Positions 26,001 through 36,607 of a stretch of 64,000 bases of DNA are shown here, in pieces. Position numbers and translations under genes: made by a program. The notes under the pieces were generated by a model. It did no database searches. It was not told the DNA's origin and was given only the letters and a program-made list of their open reading frames with translations. The stretch spans positions 1-64,000 of the forward strand of contig NW_020843386.1 of assembly GCF_003704095.1 (NCBI RefSeq), in the 5' to 3' direction. This DNA is from Pocillopora damicornis (Eukaryota). Positions within the stretch are counted from its first letter, which is position 1. Every line of letters begins with the position of its first letter.

Positions 26001-27333
26001 GTTTACTTGAAATTTCTTCAAGAAGAAGTTGCACTTCAATGCATTTAATGCATGGTTAATGGAAGATTTTTAATTCCAAATGAATTTATTTAAAAAAATT
26101 TGACAGCAATCCACTGGATAGCTCTACTGTGGATTCCTGGGATAATTAATAATCCTCTGTAGAAGACTGAACAACAGATTGCTGAAACCGAGAAAAGGGA
26201 AAAATTGTGCCTTCATGACTGACCTACTGAAAATGAAATGAGCCAAAACATTTAAGGGGGTAATGAAAGTTTCTATAGAAACTGTATTTCTGTGTTGATG
26301 GGGGGTAGTACAAGATATCTGGTTTCATTGACTGAGTTAACCCTTCAACCATACAATTCTTATGATGTTAGTTCAGAGAATTGAGTATTGGATCAACTAA
26401 TTATCACCAAATTGATATTTTTCTTTATTCTCATTACTTATCTGGTTGATATTGAGTTGATATAGTTGTCACATAACTCACCGAGTTCGATGGGGACGAA
26501 TTTGAGGAACTAAACGACGATTGTCTCGCACACTTCATTTCTGATCCTGGCAGAGCAGTTATGGCACTTTTTCTAGCTGTGTCCACATGCACAATACTGT
26601 AACTGCTCCTGCTTGATGCTGATTTTTCCGAGGAATACGATTGTCCGTACTTAGTCCCATAGCTATTCAGAGTTGGAATTATTTCATTCCGAGGATCTCT
26701 GTAATCGGCATGCGTTGTAGATCCATAAATACCACTGCTACATGAAATACTACTTCCATTTAAAGTTGGTTTGGAGTTTGTGTTTCTCTGAGTGTACATA
26801 TGCCTAGTTTGGTATTTATCTGGTTCATGATCTCTCTTTTGTGTATAGAGATCTTCCTTAGGTCCCAAACTCGAGAGCGATTTCGACCGTCGTCCATTTG
26901 ACAACTCTCCATATCTAAAGCCACCTATCCTTTCTTTTCCATTGGAGCTTCCGTAACCAGAGTCACCTGAAACTTTACGCCGCGTTTTCGGAGATTCCCA
27001 TGTACTCGATTTTCTACTGTAAGTATCAGACAAGTATGATCCTCTAGCAGTACCTGCATGATTGCGACTAGAATTACTTTGGGCGACATATCTTACTCCT
27101 GCTTTATCCATTGAAGGTTTATCAGGTAGAGGACCTGGTCCGTGAGGTAGAGTTCTTCTAGTAGAGGAACTTGCGTTTTTAGTCCCCCTTGCACCAAAAG
27201 TTGACGAAAAACTACTAGATGTACCAGTACCAACCGAACTAGCTGCAACTGAGCGACTAGTTTTCACGGCACCAGAATTGTGATGCAAATGCCCCGAAGT
27301 TTCCCTACGAGTTTGTTGCATTGTCAAAGACAT
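17022..27333 (-). CDS. USP2: Ubiquitin carboxyl-terminal hydrolase, USP2/USP21-like (C19 family), about 654 aa, 12 coding exons
   Basis: Exons (minus): 26482-27333, 24796-24852, 24526-24649, 23347-23458, 22515-22628, 21766-21830, 21143-21246, 20100-20237, 19031-19109, 18532-18636, 17781-17907, 17022-17109. Phases are consistent and total 1965 nt. Motifs: Cys box [73 protein letters not shown], His box [24 protein letters not shown]. Long Ser-rich N-terminus as in USP2a. Confidence 0.93.
18637..19030 (-). other. U12-type (minor spliceosome) GT-AG intron in the USP2-like gene
   Basis: 5' end GTATCCTTTC. Branch-site-like TGACCTTAAT at 18651-18660 lies close to the AG with no polypyrimidine tract. 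The intron splits the His codon of LVL-H-LKRF. Confidence 0.85.
20369..20590. mobile_element. MITE with terminal inverted repeats in a USP intron
   Basis: ctggtacccgtttctcgaaagtcccc...ggaaccttcgagaaacggaacccag. Confidence 0.6.
23114..23265 (+). repeat. Dispersed repeat fragment (other copies near 40500-40640, 51577-51630, 53203-53300 and 60150-60220 inverted)
   Basis: Shared ctgatgaa.ggct....aaacgtcagcttt...tttac.gtggccaatttacgttatcaactcag. It resembles Penelope-like retroelement ends (inference). Confidence 0.55.
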
Positions 27334-27438
27334 TTGTACATCAATGGGATAACGAATCGCCTCTAGCAAAACCTATTACCAGGTTGATTTTTTATCGTAC
27401 AAAACAGTCATTAATCGAATAGTAAACCGTTTGTCTTC

Positions 27439-27460
27439 GCCGCCATGTTGATCACGTGAC
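27439..27460 (-). promoter_or_regulatory. Putative USP2-like core promoter (E-box plus YY1-type motif)
   Basis: GTCACGTGAT directly followed by CAACATGGCGGC on the minus strand, about 110 bp upstream of the CDS. The motif ATG opens a 12-codon uORF. Confidence 0.5.
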
Positions 27461-28014
27461 GTAATTAACCTTGACAGTGCGTTTGTGATGTCATAGCAAC
27501 CAAACATAGGGGGAAAAAAACATCCTTCCAGGGTGGGCTGAGAAGTACTTTCTAGAATGTTGTGAAATAGGTTGTTGTTCATCGTGGTAGCTGGATGATA
27601 ATGTAAATTTGCTTTGTTGTCTCACGACTAAGTCATTAGATGCAGATCGCAACAGAGCAAATTTATATTATCACTTTCTAGAATGTATGACATAAGTTCG
27701 TGTGATAGGTCTGTTGCAATTGCAATCGCAATTATTCAAAATTCAAATATATCTGCTATTACTGTATTAGAAAATATTCCTTTATTACGGATAGGGAAAA
27801 ATTTCACCTTTTCATATCGTTGGAAGTTTTTTTCTCTACATTAAACAAGGAGCTCAGTAATGGGCTCCTGATGGAACTTAAAAATTCCCAAAAATTTAGA
27901 ATGTCATGGTATAAATGTATAAATTTAGAATATTGACATTAAGATAAATGGCGAAAAAATTAAGTGTGATCCACCTTGAAAAGAAGGGGAAAAGAAAACG
28001 ATTGTCCGTCCGCA

Positions 28015-29250
28015 GGGAAATTTCCGTTTAGAAAGAAGTTATTAGTTTCCTGTTTTACTCGGAAGAAGTTCATCGGTTTACGATGCATTTTGAAAATGAA
28101 TCGCGACTGGTGTTTCTGCAACGACTTTCAAGTGAGTTGATTTGATTCTAAAACAAGAGCACATTTTTTTTCAAAAAGTATAAGTCCTCTGAAACGAACT
28201 AGCTCTTTTGAGGTAAAGAGAAGAGGCTCTGAATAAGTTTCCGCTCTTTGCAAAATCGGGAAAATGAAGAGTGATCATGTACAAAGTTACGTTGAACTGT
28301 AACTTAAAATTTAATATAACAACTCCTAACTCCTTTCTCAGTTCTTCAAGTTGAGAAAGATTTCTGTTACAAATACAGATTCAGGAAAGAGTCTTTAAAA
28401 AAGGAAATAAAAATATTATGAATAGATTAACAAACTGATTTTTAGGGTAAGTAAATCATTGTGGGGGGGGGTACGGTTGGGCTGAATCATAAAAGCGAAC
28501 ATCCTTGAAGTGAAAACAAACGAAAAAAACAAAAATTACATGGCATATACAGAACTAAAAAGCAAACCATCAAAACACTAATAATAACCCGGGTTGATCA
28601 TTACTTTCTTTCTTTAATAATATTCTAATAAAATGAGGAAATTAATACAGTCTCGTCACGCAATACATTGCGTGACACAAGCCAAGAACATGCACGCGAG
28701 AATGTATGACTATTTTAGGAAATAAAAGACACTTTTTAAAAACAGGTTTCGACAGTTCTTCTGTCATAATACAAAGTACAAAGTGGAATTTAAAGTGTAT
28801 AACAAAATGCTGATTGGACAAAACAAACAATAATAACAGAACTAATTAAATTAACATGATAAAGTTGATGATTAAGTGGCTCCCATTGATTGTGGATAGC
28901 GTCTTTGATTTTAAGTTGAGAAGTTGTGGATGCGTGATCTAAGATGTTCAAACACTCATCAGTATAAAGAGTACGACATTGTAGAGAATTATGTAGATTT
29001 CTGAAAATGTGAGAGTTATAACTATTTTTTAAAATTCGTATCTACCTGCTGAGGGATTTTCCCAAAATTCTCGGTAGCCCGTTGTAACGAAAATCGTTTT
29101 AACCCTCCGGAAAAACTGTTCCAACAAAAAGGAAGAGCTGGAACAGTAGGCAAATGAAACAGGAAGAATATACCATGCTGATCTTTTCAAAACGAAACCA
29201 AACGGGGAAGTCCCTTTGACTGCTGGCCAAGTAACGTGCATTCTGATTGG
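28015..29250 (+). promoter_or_regulatory. kappaB-type sites and CCAAT box upstream of the Bcl-3-like gene
   Basis: GGGAAATTTCC 28015-28025, GGGATTTTCCC 29053-29063, GGGGAAGTCCC 29204-29214; CTGATTGG 29243-29250. Confidence 0.65.
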
Positions 29251-29384
29251 TTAAGAACGAGGGAAGGTTAAAAATACACGTTACTACATCCTGCATCTCA
29301 ATCGAGAGACTTTGCATGCAGTTTTGCCTCTGAGTTATTAATGCGGCTGGCGCTTTGAGTTAAGTGATATTTTAGTGATTAAAA

Positions 29385-32300
29385 ATGGTAAGTACAACAG
29401 GGTTTGGATCAACTATGGAAGAAAGATATAAATTCGAGCTTAGCGTCGCCGATTACAAAACGAACGATCCTCAAGGCACTTCCGCCATACAACGAACGAA
29501 CTCCGATGCCTCTGTTCAACAGACGAGTAAAGATATAATCAAACAAAAACTGACCGCCAGAGTTTCCCCGATGACGCGACATCAGGAGCAATTTTTGGAT
29601 AGAAGACTTCATCCGCTGACTTTAGTTCCTAGTCGTGGAAAATCAACTCGAACATATGGAGCGAGCACCAAAACACAGCTTACCGATATTGGTACTGCTG
29701 CACCTTTCATAAAACGCGAACCGCAAAAACTTGCGGAGAAGCGAAAATTCCAAGCTACAAATGTTATAATTGCCCCTAAAACTGTCAAGTCAGACACTTC
29801 TCCCAGTAAACGAAAAAAATCCGAGACGAAAAAGCCCAGACCAATTCTGCCACGGACGATGCAAGGTTAGTAACCAAATTATGTGAACGCAAGCAGTTTT
29901 GTGATTCCATCCCAATTGTCATATCTCACAAAGAAATATTTCCATTTATCACTTCAAGAGCAATGGCTTGTTTGATACTTGAATAGTTATTGTAAAAATA
30001 AAACTGGCAAACTGAGATGCTTGCAAGGTATTTTGTAATTTTAGATAATTGTATGCAAGCGTCGACGAAGAGATAATTTATAATTCATTCTCTACATTCA
30101 ACAAAATATGTTTTTTTAATAATATTGTATATCACAACAGAATGTATATGATCTTTTACATGCATAATGCCAAAAAATTGGAGAAACATTTGTCGAACTA
30201 ACTCAGAAATAACTGAGAGACGATCACAGATATTAACTTTCACTTTCATTTGATGACGAGGGTTTTTAACGTCAGGCATGAGTTGACACGTTTTCAAAAT
30301 ATTGTAAATCACTGCATTTTTCGATGATACCATTTACTGCATTTTTCGATGATACCATTTACAACATTCAAAAGTAATGGTATGCCTTCTAATAAGGTTT
30401 TTGGCCAAAAAAAGTATGGACGGTGTCGCGCCGACAAAATTGGCAGAATTAGGGGGAGCCCCAAATTTCGTTAAATTTTTCACGTGCTCTCTACTTTCGC
30501 GTCATTTGGGAAAGTCCCCCACTCTTGGTAACGTGAAAAAAATGTTACTCCCAAACTTCCGGGGTTTCCCATATCGTTGCGAAAAAGGGAGATATTAAAA
30601 TATTTTTAAACTTCCGAAGACAAATATAATAGAGAGACTCAAATAAAAAATCCCAAGGCCAAGTTGCCATGTTTTCATATTCCACGTAAAGCAATACTCA
30701 GCATGTAATGTTCTCAGGGGGATCCCCTGAGGAAGAAATTGCCTTTTGGGCTTATCCATGGGGTCTCCCCTGGTGAGTAGTGCACAGTCAGCCTAGTGCA
30801 ACAGGACATAAGCAGGACAACTCAAAGTTCTAGCTTTAGAAAAAAAAATTTTTCAGAAATTGTTGATAATTTAAGGATAATGTGCTGCTCTTTTTTTCCC
30901 ATCATTTAACTTTCAGCAAAAAATCTGTTAAAATGCAGTTTTAACGAACATGGTTCCTTGAGACCACATTACATCTCATGCTTGAGACAGTCAAAATAAC
31001 AGAACTTGTTATGGTTTAGTTCCAGTTCAGCCAGAAGTTAAACCAGTTGTTGAACCAGCTGTTAAACCAGCTACACCTGTCAGTCCAGAACCTAAACTGA
31101 TGAGTGATAATGTGGCAACAATGAGTCTCCTGTCAGCCACAGAGTGTCACCTGGCAACACTTCAAGATGAAGATGGCGACACGTGAGTATTTTTTTTTAA
31201 TTTTAACTCTTTGTTTACTCTACATTATTCCACCTTTGCATGCAAGGGAGGGAATGTTCTTTTTTCTTTTGGGAAGAGAGATGAAGTGGTTGCAACATAA
31301 GAGTAAGGAAAGGGAAGATTTATGGTAAACAGGGGCAGGAAGGAGGAGGCAAGAATGGGGAATTAAACCCTTAACTCCCCCTGATCAAATTTGTAATTCT
31401 CTTTACTGTTAACCATACAATTCTCATAATGTTAGTTCAGAGAATTCAGCATTGGATCAACTTATTATCCACAAATTGATATTTTTCTTTATTCTCATCA
31501 CTTATCTGGTTGATATTGTATTGATATTGTAAGGAGAAATTCTGTCTTGGTCGCTAATGGGAGTTAAAGGGTAAATAGTGTAGGGACAGAGAAGAAAGGG
31601 TTAGCTAGGGAGGAGGGGTTGGGTGTGACAAAGTAGGAGGAGGGGTGTTGGGAAAGTAAGATTGTAAGGGGGCCAGATATTGGAAGGAAAGGGTGTTGGG
31701 TATAGAATGGGAAAATTGCATGTTAGGGAAGGAGTGGTTGGGTATAAATAGGTAGCAGATAGGAGGTAAGTTATGGGAGGTGAGGAAGTATTAGGAGCAA
31801 GAAAAAAGGTATGGTTTATAGATGGACAGTTTGTTGGGTTATAAGAGTTAAATTGCTAAGGGATAGTTTGGAGGAAGAACTAAGTTGTAGAAAGGGAGAG
31901 ATCTGAGGGCTTAAAGAGAAGGGAGAGAGCTTTCGATAACAGATTATTCTTCACATGCACATCAGTCTAAGAAACATTTTGATTTTTCGATTACTTGCAG
32001 GCCTCTTCACATAGCTATTGCACATGGGAACACCCAACTTGTAGAATACCTCATCAACCTCATGTCATGCCTAACACTGGACATTTATAACAACCTGAAA
32101 CAAACGCCGTTACACCTGGCTGTCATCACAGTACAACCTTATATTGTAGAAAAGCTTGTGTCTGCGGGAGCAAACGTGAACTTGCCTGATCGTAATGGTC
32201 AAACACCAACCCACCTAGCTTGCAATAGAGCAAGTGTAGAATGCTTAGAAACACTTGTAAAGGCAAGGAATACTCCTGACTTGGAGTTAAGGAACTTTAA

Positions 32301-33676
32301 TGGGTACACTCCTCTTCACGAAGCTGTACTTGCAGGTTGTTCTGGGGCAGTGACTTGTTTAATAAGACAAGGTGCTAAAGTTAATTGTAAGGTGAGTTAA
32401 TGGAGACAGTTTTATCAGCAAATACTTTAAAAAAATTCATAGTTAGTGGGTCAATGTTACAAAGAATCCTACAATACCAATAAGTTTTGCAAAAGAGTGT
32501 GCTCTCTTCCAACAGGTAGGCATTCCAGCTGATTTCACATTAAATAGACATGCTTGTCATCATAGCTTCTATTTCAGAAATATATTTTGGGTGATGTTTC
32601 TTTTTTTAACTTATTAAATAAGCACCCAACATTATAATTTCTGTTAAGTTGAGGAATATTTTATATCAAAGGCACTCTTATTAGAAACACTTGACTTCAC
32701 TCATACAAAATACATGCCTCTTTTTTCCTAATCATTTAAGGATGGTAAAGGTGGTCGTACCCCACTGCATCATGCAGTAGAGACAGAAAACATGGAAGTG
32801 ATACAAGAGCTGCTAAAGTGTGGTGCAAGTGCCAGTGAAGGAAGTTTCTCAGGGAACACTCCATTGCAGATAGCTAGTGGGCGCTCCATGCAGAACGTTA
32901 GGCTCCTACTGGAAGCAGCTAGCACTAACATCAAACCAAGCAAACATCGGGAGGTAAGGATCAAGTCAAACTTCTAAAACTTTAAATAAAATAAATAAAA
33001 AATTTTTTCACCTCCTCTTTCTCACTTTGGAGTGAAATGAAGCAACAGAAGAATGAATCTCCTTGATGCCATTGGATGCAGTTAATTTTGAGTTCCATTC
33101 CTAAACCATGCTTGAGGTTACTAAATTCTCCATTGGTAGAAAACTTTTAATTTGAGGCTAGTTGCGACAAGTTTTGATTGTGGATAGCTTCAATAAAACG
33201 CTGTCAACAATCAAAACTAGCCTCAATCCTCATCCATTCTTTCAAAACCTGTAAAGTCAGTTTTAGCCTCATAAAAAAAAGATGCTAACTAAAAGGGACT
33301 CACAATAAAACAGTAGAGTCAGTCTATCCCTGACTTCTGTGGCAGAAACAAAATGATGGTTTGAGATGAGAAGGACTACCAAAGATATGGTTCCCAGATG
33401 AAACTTCATGCCTGTACATGTTCAGGGTTGTAAGGAAGTTCAGCAGAACAAAACTACTACATGTGGCTTTAATATAGTTTCAAGTTAAACATTAATTTTT
33501 TTTTTTTTAGTTCCAGTGTTAATAATTGGTACAAGTTGCAGCTATGATTTGACATTAATTGATTAATTGTGCAAAATATTTAATTTCTGTAGATCACCCA
33601 TGTAGAAAAGTCTCCGCTGGTTTTGCCAAAGTATGACGACAGACGGCAAGTTATAGTGAAAAGCACCTATGCATAA
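29385..33676 (+). CDS. BCL3: Bcl-3-like IkappaB-family ankyrin-repeat protein, about 443 aa, 5 exons
   Basis: Exons 29385-29865, 31020-31182, 32001-32391, 32741-32953, 33593-33676 (1332 nt, in frame). The ankyrin domain QDEDGDTPLHIA..LDIYNNLKQTPLHLAVIT..DRNGQT..RNFNGYTPLH..GRTPLHHAVE..GNTPLQIASGR closely follows human BCL3. Basic NLS-like SPSKRKK in the N-terminus and no DSGxxS degron. Confidence 0.88.
30452..30770 (+). promoter_or_regulatory. Cluster of five kappaB-type sites in intron 1 of the Bcl-3-like gene
   Basis: GGGGGAGCCCC 30452-30462, GGGAAAGTCCCC 30508-30519, GGGGTTTCCC 30561-30570, GGGGGATCCCC 30717-30727, GGGGTCTCCCC 30760-30770, in otherwise AT-rich DNA. Confidence 0.65.
31363..31574. 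mobile_element. About 200-bp piggyBac-type MITE in intron 2 of the Bcl-3-like gene
   Basis: Ends ccc-ttaactccc...gggagttaaaggg. The family body gtaattctc...ttggatcaact...gtaaggagaaattctgtcttggtc recurs more than 10 times in the window. Confidence 0.75.
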
Positions 33677-35773
33677 CCTCGACAGCCCAAGATAGACACA
33701 GTTTAAATTCACTGCAGCTGATTACAATAATCTCTGTGCATGAGTATTACCCTTGATTGTGTTAAAATAAGCTAAGACTGTTACACCTCATATCAAGTTA
33801 TTGAGCTCACAGGCATTTACACTCAGGTACTTAAATATTAAATATTTATAAGTTAATACTATTCTTTTTGTAGAGATATTGAGAGAAGTCAGTGTACATC
33901 TTCATAACATTTTTAGTTGTACAGTACCAGTCAAAGAAACTTTAAGTTTGGTATTAGTAACAAGATATTAAAATGGAATCTGGTTAACATTTAAGTTGAA
34001 ATTTTAGTAGGATAAAATACTTATTAAAAAAGGGTCCATGGTGCAAACTTGGATTTGCACAGCAATCAGAGACACAAAAAATTATTATTTGCGAGCTTCA
34101 GCATTATCTTTCCTTGCATCACATATTTTTTTAAAGCAAAACTGTAAGGAAAGTTATTTTTTATTCAAGCTTGTTGGCATACTTTACAATGAGCTTTCAC
34201 AAGAGAAACTGTCTGTAAGACAGCATTCTTCTGGTTGTAAAAACTCTGTTGATTACTTAGTTAGGTGTTGATAATCATACTGTTGAACTGCACATTTTTG
34301 AACAATAAAACTCTGAGCAATCAACTGAAAGGGGTTTTTATTGTTAACTAAAACTCTCCTTTTGGATTGAGCTGTTGTCATTATTACTTCTGTAAAGTGT
34401 ACTTACTAAGCACTCACTCAGAGCTTTCATGTTTTAAAGGTGCAGTAATATAACAGCCAGCAAATGTACCATTGCTATGCAATGAATAAAGTACTGTATC
34501 ACTTTTTAGTGAAATTTGAGTGTATTTGGCTTCCGTAGCAGATGATAGAAACTTGTTTAAAAAATCTCAAAATTTTTCACAGAGAGGAGCTATAGCTTCT
34601 GTGAGTTACAGACTGAAAAAAAATTTCTACTGATAGATAAGCTGTTTATGTTCTTGCTTGTAGTTAAAAGTAACAATTTCATTCAACAGACACACTGTTC
34701 AGAGGATTCTTGTGAGCATTAGGAAAATGTTTCAAGGAGTTATAATTATCAGATTGTTATCAATATCCTTAGTTTATTGCATAATTTAGTGACAAAACAG
34801 GTGTAAATTTTATATGTACCAAAAGGCTTGTAAAANNNNNNNNNNNNNNNNNNNNNNNNNNNNNNNNNNNNNNNNNNNNNNNNNNNNNNNNNNNNNNNNN
34901 NNNNNNNNNNNNNNNNNNNNNNNNNNNNNNNNNNNNNNNNNNNNNNNNNNNNNNNNNNNNNNNNNNNNNNNNNNNNNNNNNNNNNNNNNNNNNNNNNNNN
35001 NNNNNNNNNNNNNNNNNNNNNNNNNNNNNNNNNNNNNNNNNNNNAAAATTTCCAGCAGTCACTTTCTACAAGTATCAAATGGAAGGACAGCTAAGGATCA
35101 GAGGAGTTGTATTTGACAGAGTTTCCCACCAAATTCAGCCAGCAATTGCAGCACAATGTAATCTTGTTGATTGACAGTCAAAACAGATTGCCAAAAACTT
35201 ATGTTGAAATCTTGTACACCTTTTGTCTGGAAAATGGTCTACAAATGAACCTTTCTGTTAGGTCCAATTATTTAATCATCTTAGACCTCTGTTGAAACCC
35301 TCTTTGCAATGCTTCCCTCGATATGAGGAAATAAGAACAGGATTTCATTTTGCAAAATAGCCATGTGACATGATCTCATGCAATGTTGGTCTATCAACAA
35401 AGTCAAGTAACACTGCACTTTTATCATGAATTTGACAGGAAATCCAAATACAACTCTGTTTCTCCTTTTGGTTGGAATTTGTGACTAACACAACTTGAAT
35501 ATCTTCACGATACTTTGCGCAAGCTTCAAAAGAAACTTTCTCAGCAAACAGAAGCTACTTATAATATTGCAATAAATTAATTAAAATATCTTCATACCCA
35601 GTTACAATGTATAAATTGTATATATGTCTCAACTAAATATGCCTGCATTTGTAATGTTAATTCAACTATTCTTACTATTAAGTAAACTACAGAATGATAT
35701 GAACTTTCAAATCTTTCTGATCCTTCGTTAAAAGCTGTACAGCTATTAATTTAATTACCACCTTATGGTGCAT

Positions 35774-35870
35774 TTTTCTGAACTCCATTGAGAAAAGCAT
35801 CAATTAACCTTTCCACAACAAATTGTGTTTTAAAGGCAAATGTCATACACCCTGATCTGTGTTCAGAAAA
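35774..35870 (-). promoter_or_regulatory. Type II SECIS element in the SELENOS 3' UTR
   Basis: Minus strand: outer helix UUUUCUGAAC/GUUCAGAAAA (10 bp); core AUGAC (AUGA at 35843-35846) opposite UGAU (35799-35802); helix II AUUUGCCUUU/AAAGGUUAAU; unpaired AAAA; apical mini-helix CACAA/UUGUG closing UUUG. Confidence 0.9.
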
Positions 35871-36021
35871 GGAGATTCTTCAGCTGAGTTAAAATTTTTA
35901 AACTACACAACATGTCACTGCAACAAACAGGCTTCCAAGTTAATTTTTCTACAAAAATGAGTTGTGTCGTGGTCCAGAAAAAAAATCCCTTCCCCTTAAT
36001 TTAAATTTATCTACCAAATTT

Positions 36022-36441
36022 CAACCATTTCACTCCCAAGATGTCATTTGTAATTCCCCTTACTATCTGCCATATAATTCTTTTGATGTTAGTTTGGAGA
36101 ATTTGGTATTGGATCAACTACTAATTCCCTAATTGATATTCTCTTTAATCTCATCACTTAATATCTGTTTGATATTGTTTTGATATGGTAAGGAGAAATT
36201 CTGCCTTGGTCATGCACTCATGGGAGTTCAAGAGTTGACCCTTTACCTCCCAGAAGTGATTAACAAAAACTTCTCCCCACAACATCCATACATTCTTCAG
36301 CAAACAGGTAATGAGAATATTCAAGCTTATCAGGTAGAAGCTGCTATCTTGATCTAGCACCAAGTTCTCATAACTAATTTACAATGAAATGTGTAGCAGC
36401 TACAGGGGAGAATTAACAATCAGATCTTGGAAGTTAAAGGG
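36022..36441. mobile_element. Two adjacent piggyBac-type MITEs between the SELENOS stop and the SECIS
   Basis: 36022-36240 is the common family; 36237-36441 is the subfamily also seen at 636-844, in inverted orientation. Confidence 0.7.
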
Positions 36442-36607
36442 AGAAAAATAGGCCCTCTTCCTTGGCCAGAATTTTGAACCTCCATTCCCCTGTACTAGTG
36501 GGAAAGGAAATTTTCCAGAGCCACACATTATCAATATGAATTTCTTTACAACCTCATTTTATAAAACAGCAAAGCCTATATTGGTTACTCAGTGACTGTG
36601 TGTAGAT

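Noticed and set aside
31575-31930. Purine-rich G/A tract in Bcl-3-like intron 2
   Set aside because: Low-complexity sequence without periodicity or ORF.
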